From an uncultured Collinsella sp. (GTDB taxonomy: Bacteria > Actinomycetota > Coriobacteriia > Coriobacteriales > Coriobacteriaceae), in NCBI GenBank assembly GCA_902491615.1, contig CABUIH010000002.1, positions 24,383 to 88,382 on the forward strand: 64,000 nt of DNA. The letters run 5' to 3'. Every line of letters starts with the position of its first letter. Positions within the stretch are counted from its first letter, which is position 1. Position numbers and translations under genes: made by a program. The notes under the pieces were generated by a model, which had not been told where the DNA came from, ran no database searches, and saw nothing but the letters and a program-made list of their open reading frames with translations. Positions 30,115 to 38,207 of the stretch are shown here, one piece after another.

Positions 30115-31008
30115 ATGCAGGAACATAGATCCGTGCAGGGGTCATTTGATCTGCATACGCATTCGGTTTATTCCGATGGTTCTCAATCGGTGCAGGCATT
30201 GATTGCCGAGGCTCGTGAGCGGGGTCTTTCGGGTATTGCCATTACCGATCACGACAGTTTGCGCCAGCTGTCATCCGTACGCGCCGAAGCCCGCAAGATG
30301 GGTTTTCCCGTGATTGCGGGCGTTGAGGCTTCTTGCATTGACTCGGAAACCGGACGCAAGATTCATATTCTTTGCTACGGCCTCGCGGCTACGGCGGATG
30401 AATCTGGCCCGCTTGAGCTCTTGGTAAACGAAACGCTTGCCCGCCGTACTGCCAACACCCTGTGGCAGGCATGGACGCTCGAACGTAAAGGGATGGCCCC
30501 CTGCGGGCGAAAAGCATCGGTGGCCGACGTGGTCGAAGTCTCGCGGGCAAGTACTGGTGTCTACAAACAGCATGTCATGCAGGCGCTTACGGGGCTGGGC
30601 TATCGAGATGGCGAATATCAGTGCGTTTATCGTCGGCTATTTAAAAATGGCGGTATTGCCGAGCGCGACATTTCCTATCCCGACGCACTTACAGTTGTTC
30701 GGGCTGCTCGCGAACAGGGAGGCGTGCCCGTGCTCGCACATCCCCAGCAGATGGACTCGTGGGGGGCTATCCCCGAACTTGTTAAGGCAGGTCTGATGGG
30801 CATCGAGGCGTTTCATCCCGATAACGATGCCGTTGCGACCGAAGAGGCCTTTAGACTTGCACGGCAGTACGGAATCGTGTGCACCGGCGGTAGCGATTAC
30901 CATGGGCGCTATGGCGCCCCCGAGTGCGTCGGGTCTTGTTTCATCACGCCGGATGAAGCCGGCGAGTCCGTCGCGCAGCTGTTCGACCAAGAACGCCTGC
31001 TTGCTTAG
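30115..31008 (+). CDS. PHP-family hydrolase, probable phosphoribosyl 1,2-cyclic phosphate dihydrolase (PhnPP-like)
   Basis: DLHTHSVYSDG, ITDHD, GVE, AHP, GGSDYHG PHP motifs; inside a phn operon that lacks phnN and phnP. Confidence 0.78.
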   Translation: MQEHRSVQGSFDLHTHSVYSDGSQSVQALIAEARERGLSGIAITDHDSLRQLSSVRAEARKMGFPVIAGVEASCIDSETGRKIHILCYGLAATADESGPLELLVNETLARRTANTLWQAWTLERKGMAPCGRKASVADVVEVSRASTGVYKQHVMQALTGLGYRDGEYQCVYRRLFKNGGIAERDISYPDALTVVRAAREQGGVPVLAHPQQMDSWGAIPELVKAGLMGIEAFHPDNDAVATEEAFRLARQYGIVCTGGSDYHGRYGAPECVGSCFITPDEAGESVAQLFDQERLLA

Positions 31009-31019
31009 GGGGTCCGGAG

Positions 31020-31442
31020 ATGACAGTTCGAATGGCGACTGTTGCCGATACCGACGCGGTGTACGAGCTCATGTGCCAGCTCGAGGACACTCGGTTTGAC
31101 CGATTGACGTTCTGTAAGCGTTTTGCCTGGCAGCTTGCCCGACAGCCATTTTTCGCTTTTGTGCTCGAAGAGGATGACGTTGTCGGGATTGTGAACGTGC
31201 GCGTCGAGCGGCAGCTTCACCATGAACACCCCGTGGCCGAGATTTGCGAGCTCGTGGTTGACAAGGGATACCGTGGTGGTGGACGCGGGACACTGCTGCT
31301 TGAGAGGGCCATTGCGTGTGCACGAGAGCAGGGCTGCGAGGTAATCGAGGTGACCTCAAATGCCGCACGGTTGGGTGCTCACCGGTTTTACGAGAATCAC
31401 GGCATGAAGAGGACGCATGCTAAATTCATGATGGGGCTGTGA
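31020..31442 (+). CDS. phnO: Aminoalkylphosphonate N-acetyltransferase (GNAT)
   Basis: QLHH...EICELVV...RGGGRG, AHRFYE..G...H.KF as in PhnO; last gene of the phn operon. Confidence 0.85.
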   Translation: MTVRMATVADTDAVYELMCQLEDTRFDRLTFCKRFAWQLARQPFFAFVLEEDDVVGIVNVRVERQLHHEHPVAEICELVVDKGYRGGGRGTLLLERAIACAREQGCEVIEVTSNAARLGAHRFYENHGMKRTHAKFMMGL

Positions 31443-31495
31443 GGGCCCTCAAATGTATACGCAATAACGCTCGTAAACTTTTTCAAAAATAGTTC

Positions 31496-31524
31496 TTGCG
31501 TTCGCGCTGGCGCTCCGTTATTCT
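31496..31524 (+). promoter_or_regulatory. Promoter of tRNA-Leu
   Basis: TTGCGT-17 nt-TATTCT with upstream A/T tract. Confidence 0.6.
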
Positions 31525-31535
31525 AATTCCTGCAC

Positions 31536-31622
31536 GCGGGCGTGGCGGAATTGGCAGACGCGTACGGTTCAGGTCCGTATGGGGGCAACCCCATGAAGGT
31601 TCAAGTCCTTTCGCCCGCACCA
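31536..31622 (+). tRNA. tRNA-Leu (CAG)
   Basis: GCGGGCG/CGCCCGC acceptor, tacgg-ttCAGgt-ccgta anticodon arm, long variable arm, encoded CCA. Confidence 0.96.
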
Positions 31623-31942
31623 TTGAATGAAAGAGCTCCCAGCAATGGGGGCTTTTTTGTTATGGGCCCATCGCGGGGACTTGAACCTGCGAAAGAGCGA
31701 GCGTTAAGAAAACGCGGAGCGTTTTTAGCGAGCTGGCGAGGACGCCGGCAGGCGGCCGAAGCCGGTGCGGATCCGCGGAGCGGATACGCGGACGTCCTTT
31801 CGCCCGCACCATTACATGAAAGAGCTCCCAGCAATGGGAGCTTTTTTGTTATGGGCCCATCGCGGGGACTTGGACCCGCGAAAGAGCGAGCGTAAAGAAT
31901 ACGCGGAGCGTTTTTAGCGAGCTGGCGAGTCCGCCGGCAGGC
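31623..31942 (+). repeat. tRNA-linked repeat (one 189-bp unit plus a partial second unit)
   Basis: Terminator, antisense T-arm (31677-31688), shared core, duplicated tRNA 3' end (31794-31811), then the unit restarts. Confidence 0.9.
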
Positions 31943-31985
31943 TGTTTTTACGGATCCAATGCCGATATTTCGTATGCCCGAAACC

Positions 31986-32210
31986 CCAGTGGGCAAAAAA
32001 CGGCAAATATGAGTACTGTCACAAAGGCGGCAACATTTCTAGAGGTCTATTTTGTGATAATTACGCAACAGCTGTACGTTAATTTGATTCGGCTTTGAGA
32101 CAAAGCGGCTCAATTTGGAAGGATCTCGGGTTCGACAGGGTGCTATTTTGCTAAATAGGCTGCTACTAAAATAGTGACAGTACTCATATTTGGTCTTTTT
32201 TGCCCACTGG
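31986..32210. mobile_element. MITE-like element with 37-bp terminal inverted repeats
   Basis: ccagtgggcaaaaaa-cgg-caaatatgagtactgtcac and its reverse complement (34/37) at 32174-32210; AT-rich non-coding interior. Confidence 0.7.
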
Positions 32211-32284
32211 CCCTGCCATCGGGCCTTTGGGGCCGTCCAGGACGGGTATCCTAGTGCCAATGTATGCCCAATAGAGGAGAAGCC

Positions 32285-33223
32285 ATGCTGTTTTCCGGTA
32301 TCATCGCCGCCCTTACCAGTCTTTTGATCCCTATTATCATTCTGTTGCTGCTGCTTCCCAACGCCTGCTATGTCGTTGAACAACAGCATGCCGTGATCAT
32401 CGAACGTCTGGGCAAGTTTAACCGCATCGTCAACGCGGGCTTCCACATGAAGGTGCCCGTGATCGACCGCAAGGCCGCCACGGTGAGTCTGCGCACCATG
32501 AAAAACGGTTTTGGCATCGACGTTAAGACCCAGGACAACGTGACCATCGGCCTTGAGGTCTCTGCTCAGTACCACGTGAGCTATGACATGGGTGCCGGCC
32601 CGGCAGATTCGGGTATCTACAAGAGCTACTACATGCTGCAGGAGCCCGTCGACCAGATGCGTGACTTCATCACCGACGCCCTGCGCTCTTCGATCCCCGT
32701 CTACACACTCGATGAGGTCTTTGCCAAGAAGGATGACATCGCCAAGGACGTTAATGCCACCGTGTCCGAGCAGATGGCTGCCTACGGCTTCACCCTCGTG
32801 TCGACACTCATCACCAAAATCGCGCTGCCGACCGAGGTCGAGAACTCCATGAACGACATCAATGCCGCCCAGCGAAAGCGCGCTGCCGCGCAGGAGCTCG
32901 CCGAGGCCGACCGCATCAAGCGCGTCACCGAGGCGACCGCCGAGGCTGAGGCGATGGAAAAGGCGGGCGAGGGCATCGCCAACCAGCGCAAGGCCATCGC
33001 GCTGGGCATCAAGGATTCGCTCGAGATCATCCAGGAGACGGGAGTCGGTAACGACGAGGCCAACCAGCTGTTCATGTTTACGCAGTGGTCCGAGATGATG
33101 ACGGAGTTCGCTCGTACGGGTAAAACCTCGACGGTCGTGCTGCCGAGCGATTTCTCGCAGTCGGCCTCGATGTTCGAGCAGATGCTGACAGCCAGCAAAG
33201 TTCAAAACGATTCGAAGGAGTAG
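32285..33223 (+). CDS. SPFH/band 7 (stomatin/HIR-like) membrane protein
   Basis: N-terminal TM, IIERLGKF, KTQDNV, SMNDINAAQR, GEGIANQRKAI. Confidence 0.92.
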   Translation: MLFSGIIAALTSLLIPIIILLLLLPNACYVVEQQHAVIIERLGKFNRIVNAGFHMKVPVIDRKAATVSLRTMKNGFGIDVKTQDNVTIGLEVSAQYHVSYDMGAGPADSGIYKSYYMLQEPVDQMRDFITDALRSSIPVYTLDEVFAKKDDIAKDVNATVSEQMAAYGFTLVSTLITKIALPTEVENSMNDINAAQRKRAAAQELAEADRIKRVTEATAEAEAMEKAGEGIANQRKAIALGIKDSLEIIQETGVGNDEANQLFMFTQWSEMMTEFARTGKTSTVVLPSDFSQSASMFEQMLTASKVQNDSKE

Positions 33224-33229
33224 ACGCGC

Positions 33230-33700
33230 GTGAAATACACCGTCGTTTGCGTCGGTAAGCTCAAGGAGCGCTTTTGGAAGGACGCGTGCGCTGAGTACAC
33301 CAAGCGCCTAGGTGCCTATGCCAAGGTTGATATCCGCGAGGTGGCCGATATCGACCCGGCTAAGGCGGGCGGCGTGGATGCCGCACGCGACAAGGAGGGG
33401 GCGGCAATTCTTGCTGCATTGCCGTCTCGGGCGCATGTGATCCTGCTAGCTATCGAGGGCAAGGAGCGTTCGAGTGAGGAGCTCTCGGCGCGGCTCGACG
33501 ATCTTATGCTGCGAGGCAGCAGCGACATTGCCTTTGTAATCGGCGGTTCGGACGGCGTGAGTGATGAGGTGCGCGCCCGCGCCGATGAGATGCTCAGCTT
33601 TGGACGCATCACCTTACCGCACAACCTGGCGCGCGTGGTGCTGCTAGAGCAGATTTACCGCGCCTGCAAGATCAGCCGCGGCGAGCCGTATCACAAATAG
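33230..33700 (+). CDS. rlmH: 23S rRNA pseudouridine1915-N3-methyltransferase
   Basis: VGKLKE, FVIGGSDG, TLPHNLARVVLLEQIYRA, PYHK. Confidence 0.96.
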   Translation: MKYTVVCVGKLKERFWKDACAEYTKRLGAYAKVDIREVADIDPAKAGGVDAARDKEGAAILAALPSRAHVILLAIEGKERSSEELSARLDDLMLRGSSDIAFVIGGSDGVSDEVRARADEMLSFGRITLPHNLARVVLLEQIYRACKISRGEPYHK

Positions 33701-33773
33701 GTCGGCAATACGAAACAATGGCATGGGACAATAGCTTCCGTTTTGAGGAACGTGCCTGAGAGGACTATGTGAT

Positions 33774-34544
33774 ATGAAGATTGGATTTGTCGGTTTTGGC
33801 AATATGGCGAGCGCTATGGCCGATGGCTGGATCGCTGCCGGTGTAGCTGCGGGCGACATGTGCGCCTGCGCGGGTCGCTACGACGCACTGGTTGAGCGCT
33901 GCGAGGCGCGCGGCATGGTCGCCTGCCACGATGCCGCCGAGGTTGTCGCCGCATCCGATATCGTGGTCGCTGCGGTCAAACCGTACATGATCGAGAAGAT
34001 ATTCGCCCCGCTCAAGGATGCTCTTGCCAAAAAGGTCGTTCTGTCGGTTGCCTGGACCTGGGACAGTGCCAAGTGGGAGCAGGTCCTGCCGGGCGTCGCG
34101 CATATCTCGACGGTGCCCAACACGCCGGTTTCGGTGGGCGAGGGCGTCATCGCTTGTGAGAAGGCTTCCACGCTTAGTGATGAGCAGAGCACAGTGGTGC
34201 TTGATCTGCTTGGCAAGCTCGGTGCGGTGGTCGAGCTCGATACGAGCCTGCTGTTTGTGGGCGGCACGGTGGGTGGTTGCGCTCCGGCATTTGTCGCTAT
34301 GGCAATCGAGGCCCTGAGCGATGCGGCGGTCAAGCACGGTATCCCGCGTGCCGATGCCTATCGCATTGTGAGCCAGATGGTGCTGGGTACGGCAAAGCTG
34401 CAGCTTGCAACTGGCCAGCATCCTGCGGCGATGAAGGATGCCGTATGCTCGCCCGGTGGTGCCACCATCAAGGGCGTCGTTGCGCTCGAGGACGCCGGCA
34501 TGCGCAGCGCCCTGGTCAAGGCAATCGACGCAACTCTCCAGTAA
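33774..34544 (+). CDS. proC: Pyrroline-5-carboxylate reductase
   Basis: IGFVGFGNMA, AVKP, PNTP, KDAVCSPGGATIKG. Confidence 0.94.
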   Translation: MKIGFVGFGNMASAMADGWIAAGVAAGDMCACAGRYDALVERCEARGMVACHDAAEVVAASDIVVAAVKPYMIEKIFAPLKDALAKKVVLSVAWTWDSAKWEQVLPGVAHISTVPNTPVSVGEGVIACEKASTLSDEQSTVVLDLLGKLGAVVELDTSLLFVGGTVGGCAPAFVAMAIEALSDAAVKHGIPRADAYRIVSQMVLGTAKLQLATGQHPAAMKDAVCSPGGATIKGVVALEDAGMRSALVKAIDATLQ

Positions 34545-34703
34545 AACCTGCCATTTAGGGACAGGTTTATTTTGGCAGGTTTTTCCTGCGGTTTTGTCCT
34601 TTTAGTGAAAAGCGCCCCGCAACTGGCTCAATTCCAGTTGCGGGGCGCTTGCGTTTGCCCAGATAAAACCGACCAAAATAAACCTGTCCCTTTTTGGCAG
34701 GTT
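34545..34703. repeat. REP-like long inverted repeat enclosing a bidirectional terminator
   Basis: About 39-bp arms (aacctgcca...gggacaggtttattttgg) around the perfect hairpin aagcgccccgcaactgg/ccagttgcggggcgctt (34610-34650). Confidence 0.8.
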
Positions 34704-34875
34704 AGTCCCAGAAGCTGTCTTCTTCATCCTCGGACTTGGGTCCGCGGTCGACGTACATCTTATGGGTACGCTTCTCCATTACAAAGGCAAGAATCGCAAA
34801 TAACAGGATGCCGCCGGCGAAAAGGATGGCAAAACCGGTGCGGGTGCCAAACAAAAAGGAAAAAACTGCGTCCAT
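34702..34875 (-). CDS. Small single-pass membrane protein (57 aa), absent from the supplied ORF track
   Basis: Translated by hand: MDAVFSFLFGTRTGFAILFAGGILLFAILAFVMEKRTHKMYVDRGPKSEDEEDSFWD; agaagg RBS; converges on the proC terminator. Confidence 0.75.
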   Translation of the reverse strand: MDAVFSFLFGTRTGFAILFAGGILLFAILAFVMEKRTHKMYVDRGPKSEDEEDSFWD

Positions 34876-34986
34876 TGGGTGCCTTCTTGCGTAGTTGAGT
34901 TGGGTCGTAAACGCTCATAAGTATATACTTGCCCATACATGTACAAGGTTGCAACCTAAATGGAATGTATATCGCCGGAGGATCTA

Positions 34987-36270
34987 ATGCTTGATATCAA
35001 GTTTGTTCGCGAGAACCCCGATGCCATCGATGTCGCCATGGCTAACCGCCAGACGTCTTGGGATCGCGAGAAGTTCTTTGAGCTCGACGACGAGCGCCGT
35101 GCCGTCATCACCGAGGTCGAGGAGCTCCAGGCTACGCGCAATGCCGAGTCCAAGAAGATCGGCGCCCTGATGAAGGAGGGCAAGAAGGACGAGGCCGAGG
35201 CCGCCAAGGAGGCCGTGCGCGCCGTCAACGAGAAGATTGACGGTCTGGCCGAGCGCCGCACCGCTCTCGAGCAGGAGCAGTACGACTTCATGGCTCACCT
35301 GCCCAACATTCCGTGCGATGCCACCCCGTACGGTAAGGACGAGGACGAGAACATCGAGCGCCGTAGTTGGGGCACTCCGCGCGAGTTCGACTTCGACTTT
35401 AAGCCGCACTGGGATCTGGGCACCGACCTCGACATCCTCGACTTCGAGCGTGGCAACAAGCTCTCCGGCAGCCGCTTCACCGTTCTCGGTGGCGCCGGCG
35501 CCCGTCTTGAGCGCGCCCTCATCAACTTCTTCCTCGATACGCACACCAGCCGTGGTTTTAAGGAGTGGTGGCCGCCCATCGTCGTCAAGCGTCAGACCAT
35601 GTTTGGCACGGGTCAGCTGCCCAAGTTCGAGGATGACGCCTACCACGTCTCGGGCGACAACTTCCTGATCCCCACCGCCGAGGTCGTGCTCACCAACCTG
35701 CACGCCGGTGAGGTCCTCGACGCCGACACCCTGCCGCGCCGCTACACCGCCTTCACCCCCTGCTTCCGCGAGGAGGCCGGTTCCGCCGGTCGCGACACCC
35801 GCGGCATTATCCGTCAGCACGAGTTCGACAAGGTCGAGATGGTCAAGTTCGCTAAGCCGGAGGAGTCCGACGAGGAGCTCGAGAGCATGACCGCCGAGGC
35901 CGAGTACCTGCTGCAGCAGCTGGGCCTTCCGTATCGCGTGATTAGCCTGTGCACCGGCGACCTGGGCTTCTCCGCCCGTCAGACCTACGACATCGAGGTC
36001 TGGCTGCCGAGCTACAACGCTTACAAGGAGATCAGCTCCTGCTCCAACTGCGGCGACTTCCAGGCCCGTCGCGCCAACATCAAGTATCGCGACCCCGAGA
36101 ACTTCAAGGGTTCGCGCTACCTGCACACTCTCAACGGTTCCGGTCTGCCGGCCGGCCGCACCATGGCCGCCATTCTGGAGAACTACCAGAACGCCGACGG
36201 CACCATCACGATCCCCGAGGTTCTGCGTCCTTACATGGGCGGTCTCGAGAAGATCGAGCCGGTCGCGTAA
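34987..36270 (+). CDS. serS: Serine--tRNA ligase
   Basis: [47 protein letters not shown]. Confidence 0.97.
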   Translation: MLDIKFVRENPDAIDVAMANRQTSWDREKFFELDDERRAVITEVEELQATRNAESKKIGALMKEGKKDEAEAAKEAVRAVNEKIDGLAERRTALEQEQYDFMAHLPNIPCDATPYGKDEDENIERRSWGTPREFDFDFKPHWDLGTDLDILDFERGNKLSGSRFTVLGGAGARLERALINFFLDTHTSRGFKEWWPPIVVKRQTMFGTGQLPKFEDDAYHVSGDNFLIPTAEVVLTNLHAGEVLDADTLPRRYTAFTPCFREEAGSAGRDTRGIIRQHEFDKVEMVKFAKPEESDEELESMTAEAEYLLQQLGLPYRVISLCTGDLGFSARQTYDIEVWLPSYNAYKEISSCSNCGDFQARRANIKYRDPENFKGSRYLHTLNGSGLPAGRTMAAILENYQNADGTITIPEVLRPYMGGLEKIEPVA

Positions 36271-36292
36271 GTTGGCTGCATAGGGGATATGC

Positions 36293-36321
36293 AAGGGCGC
36301 TCCTTCGGGGGCGCCCTATTT
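36293..36321 (+). terminator. Terminator after serS
   Basis: agggcgctcc-ttcg-ggggcgccct-attt. Confidence 0.75.
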
Positions 36322-36371
36322 CGTGCGCAGGTCCATACCATGCCGTGCGGACAGCTCAATAGAAAGCACAC

Positions 36372-36383
36372 GAACAACTGTTC
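36372..36383. promoter_or_regulatory. Possible LexA (SOS) box
   Basis: GAAC-aact-GTTC about 60 bp upstream of the 36444 ORF. Confidence 0.45.
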
Positions 36384-36443
36384 TGTATACAGCCATCTAC
36401 CTGCTATGCTTTTGCTAAATAAGAGCGAGAGAAAGGGGACGCG

Positions 36444-36821
36444 ATGGAGCTGTTTGATGATCGGGTGGTTTTGTTTGAGAGCGACGAGGGCGGGGAGTAC
36501 CTACTTGTAACGTGTGAGCCGTCTGGCATGGGTGGCCTGGTGGTTCGACAGACGAGTGAGGGTCCGTTGACTCAATGGTGCTTTGAGGAGTCGCCGCATG
36601 TGGTCGAGACCTTTGTGACGCACGAGGGGCTTGTCGCGCTGGAGCACTTCTATGGAGTTGGGACTTCCAACCAGGTCGCGCGCATGCTGAGCATCTCGTT
36701 TGCCGATTATGATTGTGCCCAGCGGGTGAGATCGCTCCTGAGGGAACTTGATGCCAAGTTTGACGTGATCGAAAAGCCAATCGATCGTACGGGGAACGTC
36801 GGTATATGCGGAGCAGCATGA
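36444..36821 (+). CDS. Hypothetical protein (125 aa)
   Basis: ATG with aaagggga RBS; fills the gap between serS and the tRNA cluster. Confidence 0.7.
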   Translation: MELFDDRVVLFESDEGGEYLLVTCEPSGMGGLVVRQTSEGPLTQWCFEESPHVVETFVTHEGLVALEHFYGVGTSNQVARMLSISFADYDCAQRVRSLLRELDAKFDVIEKPIDRTGNVGICGAA

Positions 36822-36898
36822 CAAAACTGCGTTCCACAAAAAAGTTTGAGATTGTGCTTGACTCCAATAAGCTAAAGTGGTTTTATATGTCTTGCGCT

Positions 36899-36975
36899 GC
36901 GGCGTTACCTCAGCTGGATAGAGGGTCTGACTACGAATCAGAACGTCATAGGTTCGAATCCTATACGCCGCACCA
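36899..36975 (+). tRNA. tRNA-Arg (ACG), copy 1
   Basis: GCGGCGT/ACGCCGC acceptor, tctga-ctACGaa-tcaga anticodon arm, encoded CCA. Confidence 0.96.
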
Positions 36976-37251
36976 ATTGAACTTGAAGCCTCCGGCAACG
37001 GGGGCTTTTCTTTTACGTCGGCACCGCATGGATTCGAACCTCGGTCGAGGCGCGGGCGTAAAGAAAACGCGGAGCGTTTTCAGCCCGCGGGCGAGCGCGC
37101 CGGCAGGCGGGCGAAGCCGGTGCGGATCCGCGAAGCGGATGCGCGGAATCCTATACGCCGCACCAATTGAAATCGAAAGCCTCCGGCAACGGGGGCTTTT
37201 CTTCTATGCCGCCGCTGCATGGATTCGAACCTCGGTCGAGGCGCGAGCGTC
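36976..37251 (+). repeat. tRNA-linked repeat (190-bp unit plus a partial unit)
   Basis: Terminator, antisense T-arm ggattcgaacct (37030-37041), core, tRNA 3' end copy ending at 37165. Confidence 0.9.
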
Positions 37252-37288
37252 TTAATCATCACTTCGTAAAATTTTTCCAAATTGTCGC

Positions 37289-37317
37289 TTGACCCATCGA
37301 GGGGTCACGTGCATAAT
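37289..37317 (+). promoter_or_regulatory. Promoter of tRNA-Arg copy 2
   Basis: TTGACC-17 nt-CATAAT. Confidence 0.75.
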
Positions 37318-37329
37318 AATCCGTGCGTT

Positions 37330-37406
37330 GCGGCGTTACCTCAGCTGGATAGAGGGTCTGACTACGAATCAGAACGTCATAGGTTCGAATCCTATACGCC
37401 GCACCA
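37330..37406 (+). tRNA. tRNA-Arg (ACG), copy 2
   Basis: Identical 77-nt sequence to copy 1. Confidence 0.96.
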
Positions 37407-37632
37407 ATTGAGTTTTTAGCCTCCGGAAACGGGGGCTTTTCCTTTACGGGGGCATTGCGGAGATTCGAACCTCGTTCGAGGCGCGAGCGTCAAGAAAACG
37501 CGGAGCGTTTTTAGCGAGCGGGCGAGTCCGCCGGCAGGCGGGCGAAGCCGGTGCGGATCCGCGCAGCGGATGCGCGGAATCCTATACGCCGCACCAATTG
37601 AATTTTAAAGCCTCCGGTAACGGAGGCTTTTC
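37407..37632 (+). repeat. tRNA-linked repeat (190-bp unit plus a repeated terminator)
   Basis: Same architecture; tRNA 3' end copy ends at 37596. Confidence 0.9.
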
Positions 37633-37714
37633 TTATATCACGATGCGTCGAAGATCGCATCAAGTGGTCAAAAATGAGTAAAAATCAAATTCAATAACTT
37701 TTTTTGAAAAACGC

Positions 37715-37743
37715 TTGACGATTATTCAGTCCATGTGCATAAT
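37715..37743 (+). promoter_or_regulatory. Promoter of tRNA-Arg copy 3
   Basis: TTGACG-17 nt-CATAAT with upstream A/T tract. Confidence 0.75.
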
Positions 37744-37755
37744 AATCAACAAGTC

Positions 37756-37832
37756 GCGGCGTTACCTCAGCTGGATAGAGGGTCTGACTACGAATCAGAA
37801 CGTCATAGGTTCGAATCCTATACGCCGCACCA
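37756..37832 (+). tRNA. tRNA-Arg (ACG), copy 3
   Basis: Identical 77-nt sequence to copy 1. Confidence 0.96.
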
Positions 37833-38110
37833 TTTGAGATTAAAGCTCCCGGCAACGGGGGCTTTTCTTTTACGTAAGCACTGCATGGATTCGAACCTCG
37901 GTCGAGGCGCGGGCGTGAAGAAAACGCGGAGCGTTTTTAGCCCGCGGGCGAGCGCGCCGGCAGGCGGGCGAAGCCGGTGCGGATCCGCGCAGCGGATGCG
38001 CGGAATCCTATACGCCGCACCATTTGAGATTAAAGCTCCCGGCAACGGGGGCTTTTCTTTTACGTAAGCACTGCATGGATTCGAACCTCGGTCGAGGCGC
38101 GGGCGTGAAG
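37833..38110 (+). repeat. tRNA-linked repeat (190-bp unit plus a partial unit)
   Basis: tRNA 3' end copy ends at 38022; 38023-38110 repeats 37833-37920. Confidence 0.9.
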
Positions 38111-38207
38111 CGGACGATTTCTTATCGACTCGTGTAAGATTCCGAGTAGATGTCGCGACTTATTCGCGACCACTCCTTCTTCAAGCGACCGATCAGGGTG
38201 ATATTTC

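Noticed and set aside
20204..31442. phn operon as an island integrated in tRNA-Leu
   Set aside because: The operon lies on the 5' side of the tRNA, and I found no tRNA fragment or integrase at its left edge
31623..31811. Prophage or ICE bounded by attL/attR at tRNA-Leu or tRNA-Arg
   Set aside because: The duplicated 3' ends are only 189-190 bp apart, with no integrase or cargo
31542..31996. ORFs over the tRNA and repeat regions (also 36806-37255 and 37735-38067)
   Set aside because: They are translations of tRNA genes and repeat units
34700..34986. T-box riboswitch upstream of serS
   Set aside because: No TGGNACC T-box antiterminator motif is visible, and the region is occupied by a divergent small ORF
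36899..38110. CRISPR array (recurring ~20-nt direct repeats)
   Set aside because: The repeats are tRNA 3' ends, the intervening sequences are near-identical rather than unique spacers, and no cas genes are present
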